Source of the DNA: Bacteroidia bacterium
Lineage (GTDB): Bacteria; Bacteroidota; Bacteroidia; B-17B0; Aurantibacillaceae
Direction of reading: 5' to 3'
Length of the DNA stretch: 44,186 nt
Assembly (NCBI GenBank): GCA_044357775.1
Contig: JBIKOX010000001.1
Location: forward strand, 1 to 44,186
Shown: in pieces, positions 18,556-27,426 of the stretch
Numbering within the stretch: the stretch's first letter is position 1
Layout: each line of letters begins with the position of its first letter
The notes under the pieces: model-generated
Told to the model about the DNA's origin: nothing
Seen by the model: only the letters and a program-made list of their open reading frames with translations
The model's database searches: none
Made by a program: the position numbers and the translations under genes

Positions 18556-19953
18556 ATGCGAAAATTAGTTTTTTTGATGTCCATATCAACTCATTTGTTT
18601 TCACAAGATAAATTAGGGTATATTAGTAGCACCTATGCTGGTGTTAGCAGTATTTATACAAATCCAACTAATTTATTAAACTCAAAAATATTTGTCGATA
18701 TCAATATAGTAGGCGCCAGCTTATTTGTTGAGAATAATTTGGTGTATTTTCCAAAAAAAGAATTTGCCCCTGTTTTTAAAAAATTCACAGATCCGGTACA
18801 AAATTTAAAAGAGGTGACAAAGCGTGGCTTTTTAAATTTAAAAATCGAAGGGCCCTCTGTTGGTGTTTCTTTTGATAATTTTTCATTTGGTTTCTTTGTT
18901 AATGGCAGAGTAATGCTAGCTGCTAAAGTTTCAAAAGATTTAGCAACGCTTGCAATAAAAAATTCGTCGCAAAATAATTTTATCGGTAAGTCCGTTAAAA
19001 ATCAAAATGCTTTTTTTTCTGCTGGTGCGTGGGTAGAATTTGGAGTAAACGCTGCATATATGTATAGAAGAAATCACTATAGTTTTAGAAATGTTGGTGT
19101 AAATTTAAAATATTTAGTTGGCATTATTCATACAGATATTCGATTAAATGATTTAGATTATGACATCACAAATGATAATACAATAGATAATGTGCATATA
19201 AAAGCGGCCTATAAATTTAATGAGCCTAATTGGAATGCTGGCAAAGGATTCGCGGTAGATTTAGGTTGGAGTTACTCAAGAATGTTAGATCCGGTAAGTA
19301 ACTATTATCCAAATAATAAAAAGGCAAACGGATGCAAACACATTGATTATAAATTTAAATTTGGAGTATCTATAACAGATTTAGGATTTATCAATTACAA
19401 AAAAAATGCTTCTGTTAAGAAAGTAGAATATGAAGATGGTGGAATTAACTTAGATAGTTCTAAAATAAATTCTGTTGAAAGTTTTGACACCGAGATTTCA
19501 AATGCGGGAAATGGCTTAAAAGTAAAAAGTAAAGATAAATTTATTGCAATTATGCCAGTTGGACTGAGTGCTCAATATGATTACAATTTTGAAAATAAAT
19601 TTTATTTAAATTCAATACTAATAATTGGACCTTATATTTTTGGAAATGTAAAAAGGCCCGATATGTTAGCAACTACAATACGCTATGATCGAAAATATTT
19701 TGGAGCAGCTATTCCCTTATCTCTTTATGATTGGCGGTATCCACAATTAGGTTTTTCTTTAAGGTTTGGAACCAACTTTATTATTGGTACAGATAGAGCT
19801 GGTTTTATTTTTGGAACGCTAAGAGATACTTATGGTGCTGATATTTATTTTAATTTAAAAATTGCATTATTCAAACATTGTGGAGCCAAAAAGAGAGCTA
19901 TGAAAAGCATTTACGATTGCATAAGAAAAGACAAAGGGCTTTTATTTGATTAA
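18556..19953 (+). CDS. Hypothetical outer-membrane-type protein
   Basis: 465-aa ORF 14 nt after the PorT-like gene, rich in aromatic/Gly beta-strand-like segments. No diagnostic motif. Confidence 0.4.
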   Translation: MRKLVFLMSISTHLFSQDKLGYISSTYAGVSSIYTNPTNLLNSKIFVDINIVGASLFVENNLVYFPKKEFAPVFKKFTDPVQNLKEVTKRGFLNLKIEGPSVGVSFDNFSFGFFVNGRVMLAAKVSKDLATLAIKNSSQNNFIGKSVKNQNAFFSAGAWVEFGVNAAYMYRRNHYSFRNVGVNLKYLVGIIHTDIRLNDLDYDITNDNTIDNVHIKAAYKFNEPNWNAGKGFAVDLGWSYSRMLDPVSNYYPNNKKANGCKHIDYKFKFGVSITDLGFINYKKNASVKKVEYEDGGINLDSSKINSVESFDTEISNAGNGLKVKSKDKFIAIMPVGLSAQYDYNFENKFYLNSILIIGPYIFGNVKRPDMLATTIRYDRKYFGAAIPLSLYDWRYPQLGFSLRFGTNFIIGTDRAGFIFGTLRDTYGADIYFNLKIALFKHCGAKKRAMKSIYDCIRKDKGLLFD

Positions 19954-20000
19954 GTCAATTGTTATAAATTTAAATACATGAAGAATAAAAATCTTCCATT

Positions 20001-21644
20001 ATGAAAAAGGAATTAAACTTAGCCATTGCGGCTCACATTGCCTATGATGAGCAATTATTAAAACAAGAAGTTGCGGAGCAATTATGTTTAAAATCAACCG
20101 ATACTTTTTTTATTAAACCATTACGACGTAGTATTGATGCTCGTTCTAGGAACATTAAAGTTAATTTAAAATTAGCGGTATGGATTAATGAACTTGTAAC
20201 CGATGAAGATTTAGGAATTCATTATAATGATGTTTCTACTTCCTCAAAAACAATTACAATTATTGGTGCTGGTCCAGCTGGCTTATATGCCGCATTGCGC
20301 TGTTTAGAAATAGGTATTAAACCGGTAGTGTTTGAACGTGGTAAAGATGTTAAGGCACGAAGAAGAGATTTGGCAGCCATTAACAAGGAACATATTGTTA
20401 ACCCTGAAAGTAATTATTGTTTTGGTGAAGGTGGAGCTGGAACATACAGCGATGGAAAATTATATACGCGGTCGAGCAAGCGTGGAGATATTGAGCACAT
20501 TTTAAAAACGTTTGTATATCACGGAGCCGATGATGTTATCTTAGTAGATGCTCATCCGCATATTGGAACAAATAAATTACCAAACATTATTTCTAATATG
20601 CGTGAAACCATTTTAAAACATGGTGGCGAAATTCATTTTCATTCCAAGCTAATAGATATTAATTATAGTAATGATGAAGTATCATCGGTGATAATCGAAA
20701 AACTTGTCACTTCGAGTTTGTCACTTCGAGCGGAGTCGAGAAGCGAGAAGCGAGAAGCGAGAAGCGAGAAGGAAGAAATTGAACATCGTTGTTCGCATTT
20801 AATTTTAGCTACAGGTCACTCAGCTAGAGATATTTACGAGTTATTAGATAAAAAGAAAATTACTATCGAAGCAAAACCTTTTGCTTTAGGCGTTCGTGTC
20901 GAGCATCCTCAGGAATTTATTGACAAAATACAGTACAGTTGTCATTCACATGATGAGGTAGTTTCAAAACGTGATTATTTACCAGCATCTTCTTATAGTT
21001 TGGTTCATCAGGCAAAAGGTCATGGTGTGTATTCTTTTTGTATGTGTCCAGGTGGTATCATAGCGCCATGTGCAACAGCGCAAAATGAAATTGTTACTAA
21101 CGGTTGGAGTCCCTCAAAAAGAAATAATCCTTATGCTAATAGCGGCATTGTGGTTGGTTTAGAATTAATAGATTTTGAACCCTACAAAAAATATGGAGCA
21201 CTAGCAGGACTGCAACTGCAAAAAGAAATTGAGCAAAAAGCTTGGCAATTGGGAGGGAAAACACAAACTGCTCCAGCGCAAAATTTACAAGATTTTATCA
21301 ATAATAAAGTGAGTTCTAAATTAATTGACTGTTCTTATCAACCAGGTGCGCAATCAGTGCAAATGAATGATGTGCTAGGTAAAATGATTGGCACAACTTT
21401 ACAAGAAGGTTTTAAAGCTTTTGATAAAAAAATGAGAGGTTATGTGAGTAACGAGGCAATAATTGTGGGTGTTGAATCTCGTACATCTACACCTGTGAGA
21501 ATTCCAAGAGATAAGGTTACATTGCAGCATGTACAATTAAAAAACTTATATCCTTGTGCCGAAGGTGCTGGTTATGCTGGTGGCATTGTAAGTGCGGCAA
21601 TGGATGGTGTGAATTGTGTAAATGCAATTGCTGCTATACTGTAG
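20001..21644 (+). CDS. FAD-dependent oxidoreductase (COG2509-like)
   Basis: Dinucleotide fold 'IIGAGPAGLYAA', 'ILATGHSARD' and C-terminal 'YPCAEGAGYAGGI'. It contains the in-frame repeat insertion listed next. Confidence 0.8.
   Translation: MKKELNLAIAAHIAYDEQLLKQEVAEQLCLKSTDTFFIKPLRRSIDARSRNIKVNLKLAVWINELVTDEDLGIHYNDVSTSSKTITIIGAGPAGLYAALRCLEIGIKPVVFERGKDVKARRRDLAAINKEHIVNPESNYCFGEGGAGTYSDGKLYTRSSKRGDIEHILKTFVYHGADDVILVDAHPHIGTNKLPNIISNMRETILKHGGEIHFHSKLIDINYSNDEVSSVIIEKLVTSSLSLRAESRSEKREARSEKEEIEHRCSHLILATGHSARDIYELLDKKKITIEAKPFALGVRVEHPQEFIDKIQYSCHSHDEVVSKRDYLPASSYSLVHQAKGHGVYSFCMCPGGIIAPCATAQNEIVTNGWSPSKRNNPYANSGIVVGLELIDFEPYKKYGALAGLQLQKEIEQKAWQLGGKTQTAPAQNLQDFINNKVSSKLIDCSYQPGAQSVQMNDVLGKMIGTTLQEGFKAFDKKMRGYVSNEAIIVGVESRTSTPVRIPRDKVTLQHVQLKNLYPCAEGAGYAGGIVSAAMDGVNCVNAIAAIL
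20706..20775. repeat. GC-rich intragenic repeat: 2 x gtcacttcgag followed by 5 perfect tandem CGAGAAG heptamers
   Basis: gtcacttcgag occurs at 20706-20716 and 20720-20730. CGAGAAG x5 spans 20737-20771. Local GC is clearly above the surrounding sequence. The segment translates in-frame as 'VTSSLSLRAESRSEKREARSEKE'. Confidence 0.85.
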
Positions 21645-22227
21645 GAGGATTCAAATTATTTTTATTTTTTTCCTCCATAACTTTTCTTTGCTTTTTATAA
21701 ATATAAACCCCGCCCATTAATAATGCCGCAAAAATAAATAAACCTAACATTCCCCAAACCAAACCTCCGGTAGATTTTACAATTACTAAAAAAACAACAG
21801 CTACTAAAATTATCGTAGCAAGTTCGTTAAACAAACGTAATTTAAATGAAGACACTTTAAAGATGCCAGCTTTTTGTTGCCTATAATAGGCATCACATTG
21901 CAAATGATATAATGCTAGTAAACCTACAAAAATTAGTTTAAGCCACATCCATGGAAATGATAAAATTTCAGGGTTTAAGAATATCATCCAAAATCCAAAA
22001 ATAAATGTTCCAATTGCTGCCGGCCATGTTATAATAAACCACAATTTTTTTTGCATCAACATTAATTGCGCATATAATATGCTTTTTGCGGGCTCCTCTT
22101 TTTCATGGGCTTCTTTAGTATAAATAAATAATCTTACCATATAAAATAAACCGGCAAACCAACATACTACAAAAATGACGTGCAGTGCTTTTATATATAA
22201 ATAGTCCATATTGTTTTTATTTGACAC
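21634..22227 (-). CDS. hemJ: Protoporphyrinogen IX oxidase HemJ (CopD-like membrane protein)
   Basis: 'YLYIKALHVIFVVCWFAGLFYMVRLFIY' matches the HemJ N-terminal signature, and there are about 5 TM segments. Confidence 0.7.
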   Translation of the reverse strand: MSNKNNMDYLYIKALHVIFVVCWFAGLFYMVRLFIYTKEAHEKEEPAKSILYAQLMLMQKKLWFIITWPAAIGTFIFGFWMIFLNPEILSFPWMWLKLIFVGLLALYHLQCDAYYRQQKAGIFKVSSFKLRLFNELATIILVAVVFLVIVKSTGGLVWGMLGLFIFAALLMGGVYIYKKQRKVMEEKNKNNLNPPTV

Positions 22228-22271
22228 AAAGGTAGTATTTTTACAGTCACAAATAAATAACGATACTCATT

Positions 22272-22787
22272 ATGAAAGGGAAAACTGCACAAGAATCGCT
22301 GACAATTAATACTGAAGTTGTACTGCCAAATGATACAAATCATATAGGGAATTTATTTGGAGGTAAGTTGTTGCAATGGATGGACATAACTTCTGCCATT
22401 GCAGCAGGCAGACACTCAAATAGGGTTGTTGTTACGGCATCTATAAATCATGTTTCTTTTGATAATCCAATTAAGCAAAATTCAGTGGTGACTTTAGAGG
22501 CAAAAGTTTCGAGAGCGTTTAATAGTAGTATGGAAGTTTTTATTGATGTGTTTGTAGAGGATAAAATTACTATGCATAAAACAAAATGCAACGAAGCTAT
22601 TTTTACTTTTGTGGCTATAGATCAAAATGGTGCGCCGTTACCTGTTCCTCCTGTAATTCCTGAAACAGAAGAAGAAAAAAAGAGGTACGAGGGCGCTCTT
22701 CGTCGCCGACAGTTATCCTTATTATTAGCAGGTAGAATAAAGGCAGATGATGCTACTGAATTGAAAGCGTTATTTGTTAAAGATTAA
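22272..22787 (+). CDS. Acyl-CoA thioesterase (hotdog fold)
   Basis: 'VLPNDTNHIGNLFGGKLLQWMD' is typical of YciA/Acot-type thioesterases. Confidence 0.85.
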   Translation: MKGKTAQESLTINTEVVLPNDTNHIGNLFGGKLLQWMDITSAIAAGRHSNRVVVTASINHVSFDNPIKQNSVVTLEAKVSRAFNSSMEVFIDVFVEDKITMHKTKCNEAIFTFVAIDQNGAPLPVPPVIPETEEEKKRYEGALRRRQLSLLLAGRIKADDATELKALFVKD

Positions 22788-23746
22788 ATTTCAGCAATCT
22801 CAATGTCATTCATACATTTAAAATGACCTTTAGGACATTTTTTGTATCCTAGTTTGGAGCAAGGACGACACGATAAATTCTTAACTTCTAAAATCTGCGA
22901 GTTCTTTCCTGCAAAATAAGGCCCCATTCCGAATTCAGGAATGGTATTTCCCCAAAGCGAAATAATATCTTTTTTATACGCAGCGGCAATATGCATCAAG
23001 CCTGTATCAGATGTAATTACTTTATGCGATTGTTGTATAATAGAAGCCGATTGATTGAGATTTAGTTTACCGCACAAGTTGATAGTATTATTTTTATGTA
23101 GTTGATAAACTTGTTCTGCAATAGCTGCATCTTCTTTTCCGCCTAACAAAATTAAAGGAAGCGTACTTTTTGAGCAAATCTCATTTAATTTCTTTACGGA
23201 AATTTGTTTGGTAAAATAGGAACCACCAACCACTAACACATTATAGTGTTCATGAAATAATTGTGGTAAATAGGATGATATATTTATTTCATCTTTTTTA
23301 TCAATGAAATAATCTAAGCCTTTCCCATCGTTTATAACGCCTAAATTTTTTGTTGTTTCAAAATACCTGTCAACAATATGTTTTTGAGGAAGTTTATTTG
23401 TTTTAAAATTCACAATTAAAAATTTCTCCCAATTTAATTTATTGTATGAAATTGATTTTTTTCCTAATGCTACTTTTAATTTCAGTGTTCGCGCATTGTG
23501 GTGCAGGTCAATTATATAGTCGTAATTTTCTTTTTTGAGTAGAGGAATAACTTCATAAATTGAAGTTTTAACACTATAAATTTTATCTAAGTAAATATTA
23601 TTTTCAATAACAGGTAAAAAAAATTGCTTGGTAATGTAATGCAGTTCTACATCTTTGATCTGTTTTTTAATGCAGCGTAAAATAGGAGTCGTTAAAACGA
23701 TATCACCAATAGAGCTAAAACGAACTACTAAAATTTTCAATCGCAA
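22784..23746 (-). CDS. Glycosyltransferase family 9 (heptosyltransferase-like)
   Basis: 'LKILVVRFSSIGDIVLTTP' N-terminus and 'VITSDTGLMHIAAA' C-terminal motif. Confidence 0.8.
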   Translation of the reverse strand: MRLKILVVRFSSIGDIVLTTPILRCIKKQIKDVELHYITKQFFLPVIENNIYLDKIYSVKTSIYEVIPLLKKENYDYIIDLHHNARTLKLKVALGKKSISYNKLNWEKFLIVNFKTNKLPQKHIVDRYFETTKNLGVINDGKGLDYFIDKKDEINISSYLPQLFHEHYNVLVVGGSYFTKQISVKKLNEICSKSTLPLILLGGKEDAAIAEQVYQLHKNNTINLCGKLNLNQSASIIQQSHKVITSDTGLMHIAAAYKKDIISLWGNTIPEFGMGPYFAGKNSQILEVKNLSCRPCSKLGYKKCPKGHFKCMNDIEIAEI

Positions 23747-23748
23747 AT

Positions 23749-24207
23749 TTATTTTGGAAGTAAGTGAAGTTCAGTAATTTTCCCCTTATTATCCATATCT
23801 TTTAACCACAATTCCTTTTCATAAAGTTTTAATATTTGCCAAGAATTTGCTGCAGGAAGTGTTCCAAGTGTTATTGATACAGGAGTTAAATTTATTTCTT
23901 TTTTATTACTTGAAAAAGACCAATTTCCATTTTCGGTATTTGTAAAATTTCCAAAGGGAGGAAGTGCTACATAATATGAAATTGAATAACTCCCACTTTT
24001 ATTTATAATAACAGTATAATCTTTTAGTATATTAGAGTACTGAGCAGTCGAATCAACGTTATTTACAATAAGTTGATTTAGTTTCCATGTGTTTGAAATC
24101 CTTTCGGTTTTAGTTCTTAAACTAAACGAAGGACCTTCTGGATACTTTTTACACTGGCTGAAAAATAATATAGAAGTTGTAAAAATAAATACTAAAAATT
24201 TCTTCAT
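23749..24207 (-). CDS. Hypothetical lipoprotein (lipocalin-like size)
   Basis: Signal peptide with Cys ('ILFFSQCKK'), 152 aa, 2 nt upstream of the GT9 gene. Confidence 0.5.
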   Translation of the reverse strand: MKKFLVFIFTTSILFFSQCKKYPEGPSFSLRTKTERISNTWKLNQLIVNNVDSTAQYSNILKDYTVIINKSGSYSISYYVALPPFGNFTNTENGNWSFSSNKKEINLTPVSITLGTLPAANSWQILKLYEKELWLKDMDNKGKITELHLLPK

Positions 24208-24244
24208 GTTGATTAAATTTACTACAAAAATAACTAATTTTTCA

Positions 24245-25009
24245 ATGTATATAGATACTCATGCGCACCTTTATTCCGAGGAATTTAATACCGATAGAGT
24301 TGACGTTATAAAAAACGCGATTTTAAAGTCGGTCACTAAATTTTATTTACCAAATGTGGATAGCAAAAGTATTTCAGGAATGCTTCAATTGGAAGAAGAA
24401 TATCCGGATCATTGTTTTCCTATGATGGGTTTGCATCCCTGTTCAGTTAACGAAAGTTATTTAGCAGAATTAGCTACAATAAAGCAATGGCTTGATAAAC
24501 GTAGGTTTGCTGCTATTGGTGAAATTGGAATAGATTTATATTGGGATAAAACATTTATTAAAGAGCAGCAGGTTGCTTTTCAGCAGCAAATTGATTGGGC
24601 TTTAGAATTTAATTATACCATTGTTATTCATTGCCGAAATGCTTTTGATGAAATTTTTGAAATACTATCTTCTTATAAAAAATTACCTAAAGGAATTTTC
24701 CATTGCTTTAGTGGCGATTTAGAACAAGCTCGTAAAATAGTAGCGTTCGGAAATTTTAAACTTGGAATTGGTGGTGTGGTTACCTTTAAAAATTCAGGAC
24801 TTGATAAAGTGGTAGAGCAATTAAATTTGAGCGATTTGGTTTTAGAAACGGATGCTCCATATTTGGCACCAATGCCTTATCGCGGCAAACGCAACGAAAG
24901 TGCTTTTCTTCCTTTAGTTGCTCAAAAAATTGCCGATATAAAAAATATATCAATACAAGAAGTGGCTTTAATTACATCAAAAAACGCGTTAGATGTTTTT
25001 GAAAATTAA
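24245..25009 (+). CDS. tatD: TatD-family metal-dependent hydrolase
   Basis: The start is moved to the ATG at 24245 ('MYIDTHAHLY'). 'GEIGIDLYW', 'IHCRNAF' and 'LETDAPYL' are present. Confidence 0.9.
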   Translation: MYIDTHAHLYSEEFNTDRVDVIKNAILKSVTKFYLPNVDSKSISGMLQLEEEYPDHCFPMMGLHPCSVNESYLAELATIKQWLDKRRFAAIGEIGIDLYWDKTFIKEQQVAFQQQIDWALEFNYTIVIHCRNAFDEIFEILSSYKKLPKGIFHCFSGDLEQARKIVAFGNFKLGIGGVVTFKNSGLDKVVEQLNLSDLVLETDAPYLAPMPYRGKRNESAFLPLVAQKIADIKNISIQEVALITSKNALDVFEN

Positions 25010-25826
25010 AAATTTAAATCCTATTATTAAAATATTAGTTTTTGCTAATGTATTTATAGCGTTTTCCGCATTAGCACAAGCTGCGTTAACCTATCGTCTA
25101 TTTTCTATTCCACTAAATTCGGCAAATATTGCCTACTTACTTTTTATATTCCTATCTACGTACTTGCAATATAATATGCAACGTGGTTATATGATAAATA
25201 ACGAAAACGTTCATTCTGAGCGTTCATTATGGCTATTGAAACATAAAAAATTACTAATGTACAGTATTGGTGCATCATTAATTGCCGTTATGTTTTTATG
25301 TAATAATTTAAGTTGGACATCTATTGGAATTATGATTGGAGCAGAGATTGTTTCTACTTTGTATTATTTAAAACCTTTTAACTTAAGGCGTCATGGTTAC
25401 ATTAAGCCTTTTTTAATTTCTTCGGTATGGGTTATTAGTTGCGCCTTGGTTCCACTCATTGAAAATAAATTAGTAACTGAACAAAGTATTTGGTTTGTTG
25501 CATCACAGTTTTTTTTTATATCCGTGCTGTGTTTATTGTTTGATATAAAGGATGGTGAAGGCGATTATTTAGCTGGCGTAAATACATACGTTAATAAATT
25601 TGGAATAAACATTTCTAAACTAATTTGTTTCGCATTAGTAGCTTCCAGTGTTATATGTTTTTTTCAATTCACTAATCATATTTATTTTTTAGTAACTCTC
25701 ATTATCTTCATGTTGTTTGTTATAATAACTATTTTATTTACAAACGAAAAGAGAGATGCTTTATACTACTATTTATGGATTGATGGATTATTATTACTAC
25801 AACCTTTATTTTTTTTGTACTCATAA
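24993..25826 (+). CDS. UbiA-like polytopic membrane protein (putative prenyltransferase)
   Basis: About 8 TM segments and an Asp-rich loop 'LLFDIKDGEGDYLAG'. The start overlaps the tatD stop by 17 nt. Confidence 0.45.
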   Translation: MFLKIKNLNPIIKILVFANVFIAFSALAQAALTYRLFSIPLNSANIAYLLFIFLSTYLQYNMQRGYMINNENVHSERSLWLLKHKKLLMYSIGASLIAVMFLCNNLSWTSIGIMIGAEIVSTLYYLKPFNLRRHGYIKPFLISSVWVISCALVPLIENKLVTEQSIWFVASQFFFISVLCLLFDIKDGEGDYLAGVNTYVNKFGINISKLICFALVASSVICFFQFTNHIYFLVTLIIFMLFVIITILFTNEKRDALYYYLWIDGLLLLQPLFFLYS

Positions 25827-25835
25827 TAGAGGTTC

Positions 25836-25871
25836 AAAAAAAAGTAGAAGGCGTTTTATGCCTTCTACTTA
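25836..25871. terminator. Bidirectional hairpin terminator between convergent genes
   Basis: Perfect stem aagtagaaggc / gccttctactt, preceded by an A8 run that reads as a T-run for the minus-strand gene. Confidence 0.55.
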
Positions 25872-25935
25872 TAAATGATAATCCAATAAATCTAAAAGTT
25901 AAATTAAACGCAATTAGAAGCCAGTAATAAATATC

Positions 25936-27354
25936 TTACTTAACTAATTTTATTGTTTTTAATAAACCACCGTTTGCATCCGCAATGCTTAAGTAGTAAA
26001 ATCCTTTCTCTAAATTACTTACGTTAATTGGTTTTTGTAAGTTCACTAATTCTCCAGTTAAAATTATTCTACCAATAGCATCTACTAATGTGTAGTTTAA
26101 TAATCTACTTTCTTTTGCTGCTCTAGTAATTGATAATTCGTTTAACATTGGATTTGGAAATGCATTTAAATCATCATTTAGATTATTTTGTTTAATACTA
26201 GTTACTAATTGTGGAATAACATTTACTTGACTCATCAAAAATCCTGATGCCATTTTTTGCACACTTGATGAGTCACAATATGAATCAGTACATGTTGAGG
26301 TTCCAGAGGTTGCTGTAACAGTTAAGCAAATAACATACTGACCAGGTACAGCATATTGGTGGAAAGGATATTGTTGTGTTGATGAAGTGCCATCACCAAA
26401 ACTCCATAAATAAGATAAATTTCCTGTTCCTGAAGATAAGTTATAAGCAAAATAATTCCCACTATTTAATGAATCAGCAAAAACATAAAATTGAGAATTA
26501 GCTTGGCAGCTAGTTGGGTTTGTTGTGTTTGATCCAGCACAATTAATAGTAATATATTGGTAAGCAGAATCGCACATTATTCCATTTGAATAGGTTTGTA
26601 AAAGTACAGGATAAGAACCATTCGCTAATGTTAAACTAAGATTGGAGTTTGAAGGCGGATAGCTAATATTGTTGATTGTCCAACTTGTTGTTAAGTTTGA
26701 GCCGGTAGATGTATTAATAAAATGTGTAACACAATTAGAATCGGTAAAGGTATTAAAAGAGGCGTTGCAAGAATTAGTATTTGTGGTGTTGCAAGAAATG
26801 GTAATGCTTTGGGTTACCGAATCGCAAAAGGTATTATTCGAGTACACATACAAAGCGGCATTATAAGTGCCATTCGGTAAAGAAAAGCTAGGATTTATTG
26901 CAGATGATGTCATACCATAAATGTACCAATTGTAAACTAGGTTAGAACCTGTTGAGGAATTAATAAAGTGTGTAACGCAAGCACTATCGGTATACGTTGA
27001 AAATGCAGCATTGCAACTTAATGTATTTAAATTAGTGATTGTAATAGAAGTGCATAAATTTGAAAAACAACCTGTTGTTGAGTCAGTATAATTTGCACAG
27101 ATAGAATACGTTCCGTTGGACGTAAATTGAAATGTTCCTTGAGGCGAAGTTTGGTTAACAGCAGGAAAAGTAGACCAATTAATACCTCCTGCAGAAGGAT
27201 TTAGAGGAGAAGATGTTACTGGATTTACTGTAGCCGTGCCATTAGCACCCATCGTAACATTTAAACTTGTAATAGTTGGACATTGGGAATATGCTACTAC
27301 ATAAATACTACTTAATAATACTATGAATAATTTTTTAGTAATTGTTGTTTTCAT
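25936..27354 (-). CDS. T9SS-sorted secreted protein with tandem Cys-framed PKD-like modules
   Basis: C-terminal 'FPNPMLNELSI...GFYYLSI...KTIKLVK' looks like a type A T9SS sorting domain. 'FGDGTSSTQQYPFHQYAVPGQYVICLTV' is a PKD motif, and the two internal about 75-aa repeats are related. I prefer the start at 27354 (MKTTITKKLFIV...). The longer ORF extends to 27393. Confidence 0.8.
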   Translation of the reverse strand: MKTTITKKLFIVLLSSIYVVAYSQCPTITSLNVTMGANGTATVNPVTSSPLNPSAGGINWSTFPAVNQTSPQGTFQFTSNGTYSICANYTDSTTGCFSNLCTSITITNLNTLSCNAAFSTYTDSACVTHFINSSTGSNLVYNWYIYGMTSSAINPSFSLPNGTYNAALYVYSNNTFCDSVTQSITISCNTTNTNSCNASFNTFTDSNCVTHFINTSTGSNLTTSWTINNISYPPSNSNLSLTLANGSYPVLLQTYSNGIMCDSAYQYITINCAGSNTTNPTSCQANSQFYVFADSLNSGNYFAYNLSSGTGNLSYLWSFGDGTSSTQQYPFHQYAVPGQYVICLTVTATSGTSTCTDSYCDSSSVQKMASGFLMSQVNVIPQLVTSIKQNNLNDDLNAFPNPMLNELSITRAAKESRLLNYTLVDAIGRIILTGELVNLQKPINVSNLEKGFYYLSIADANGGLLKTIKLVK

Positions 27355-27426
27355 TTTTTGGTTTTTTATATTAATACTATTAAAGGTAGACAAATAAATG
27401 AGAAATAAATTCTTTTAACTCAAATT

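Noticed and set aside
20737-20771. Tandem repeat considered as a CRISPR or minisatellite array
   Set aside because: The units are 7 nt with no spacers and lie inside a CDS, so this is a simple-sequence repeat and not a CRISPR array.
24089-24244. N-terminal extension of the TatD ORF, and analogous extensions at 34757-34822 (uppP), 38433-38495 (metG) and 39440-39556 (LD-carboxypeptidase)
   Set aside because: In each case the conserved family N-terminus begins at an internal ATG, and the extension overlaps a neighbouring gene or intergenic promoter region.
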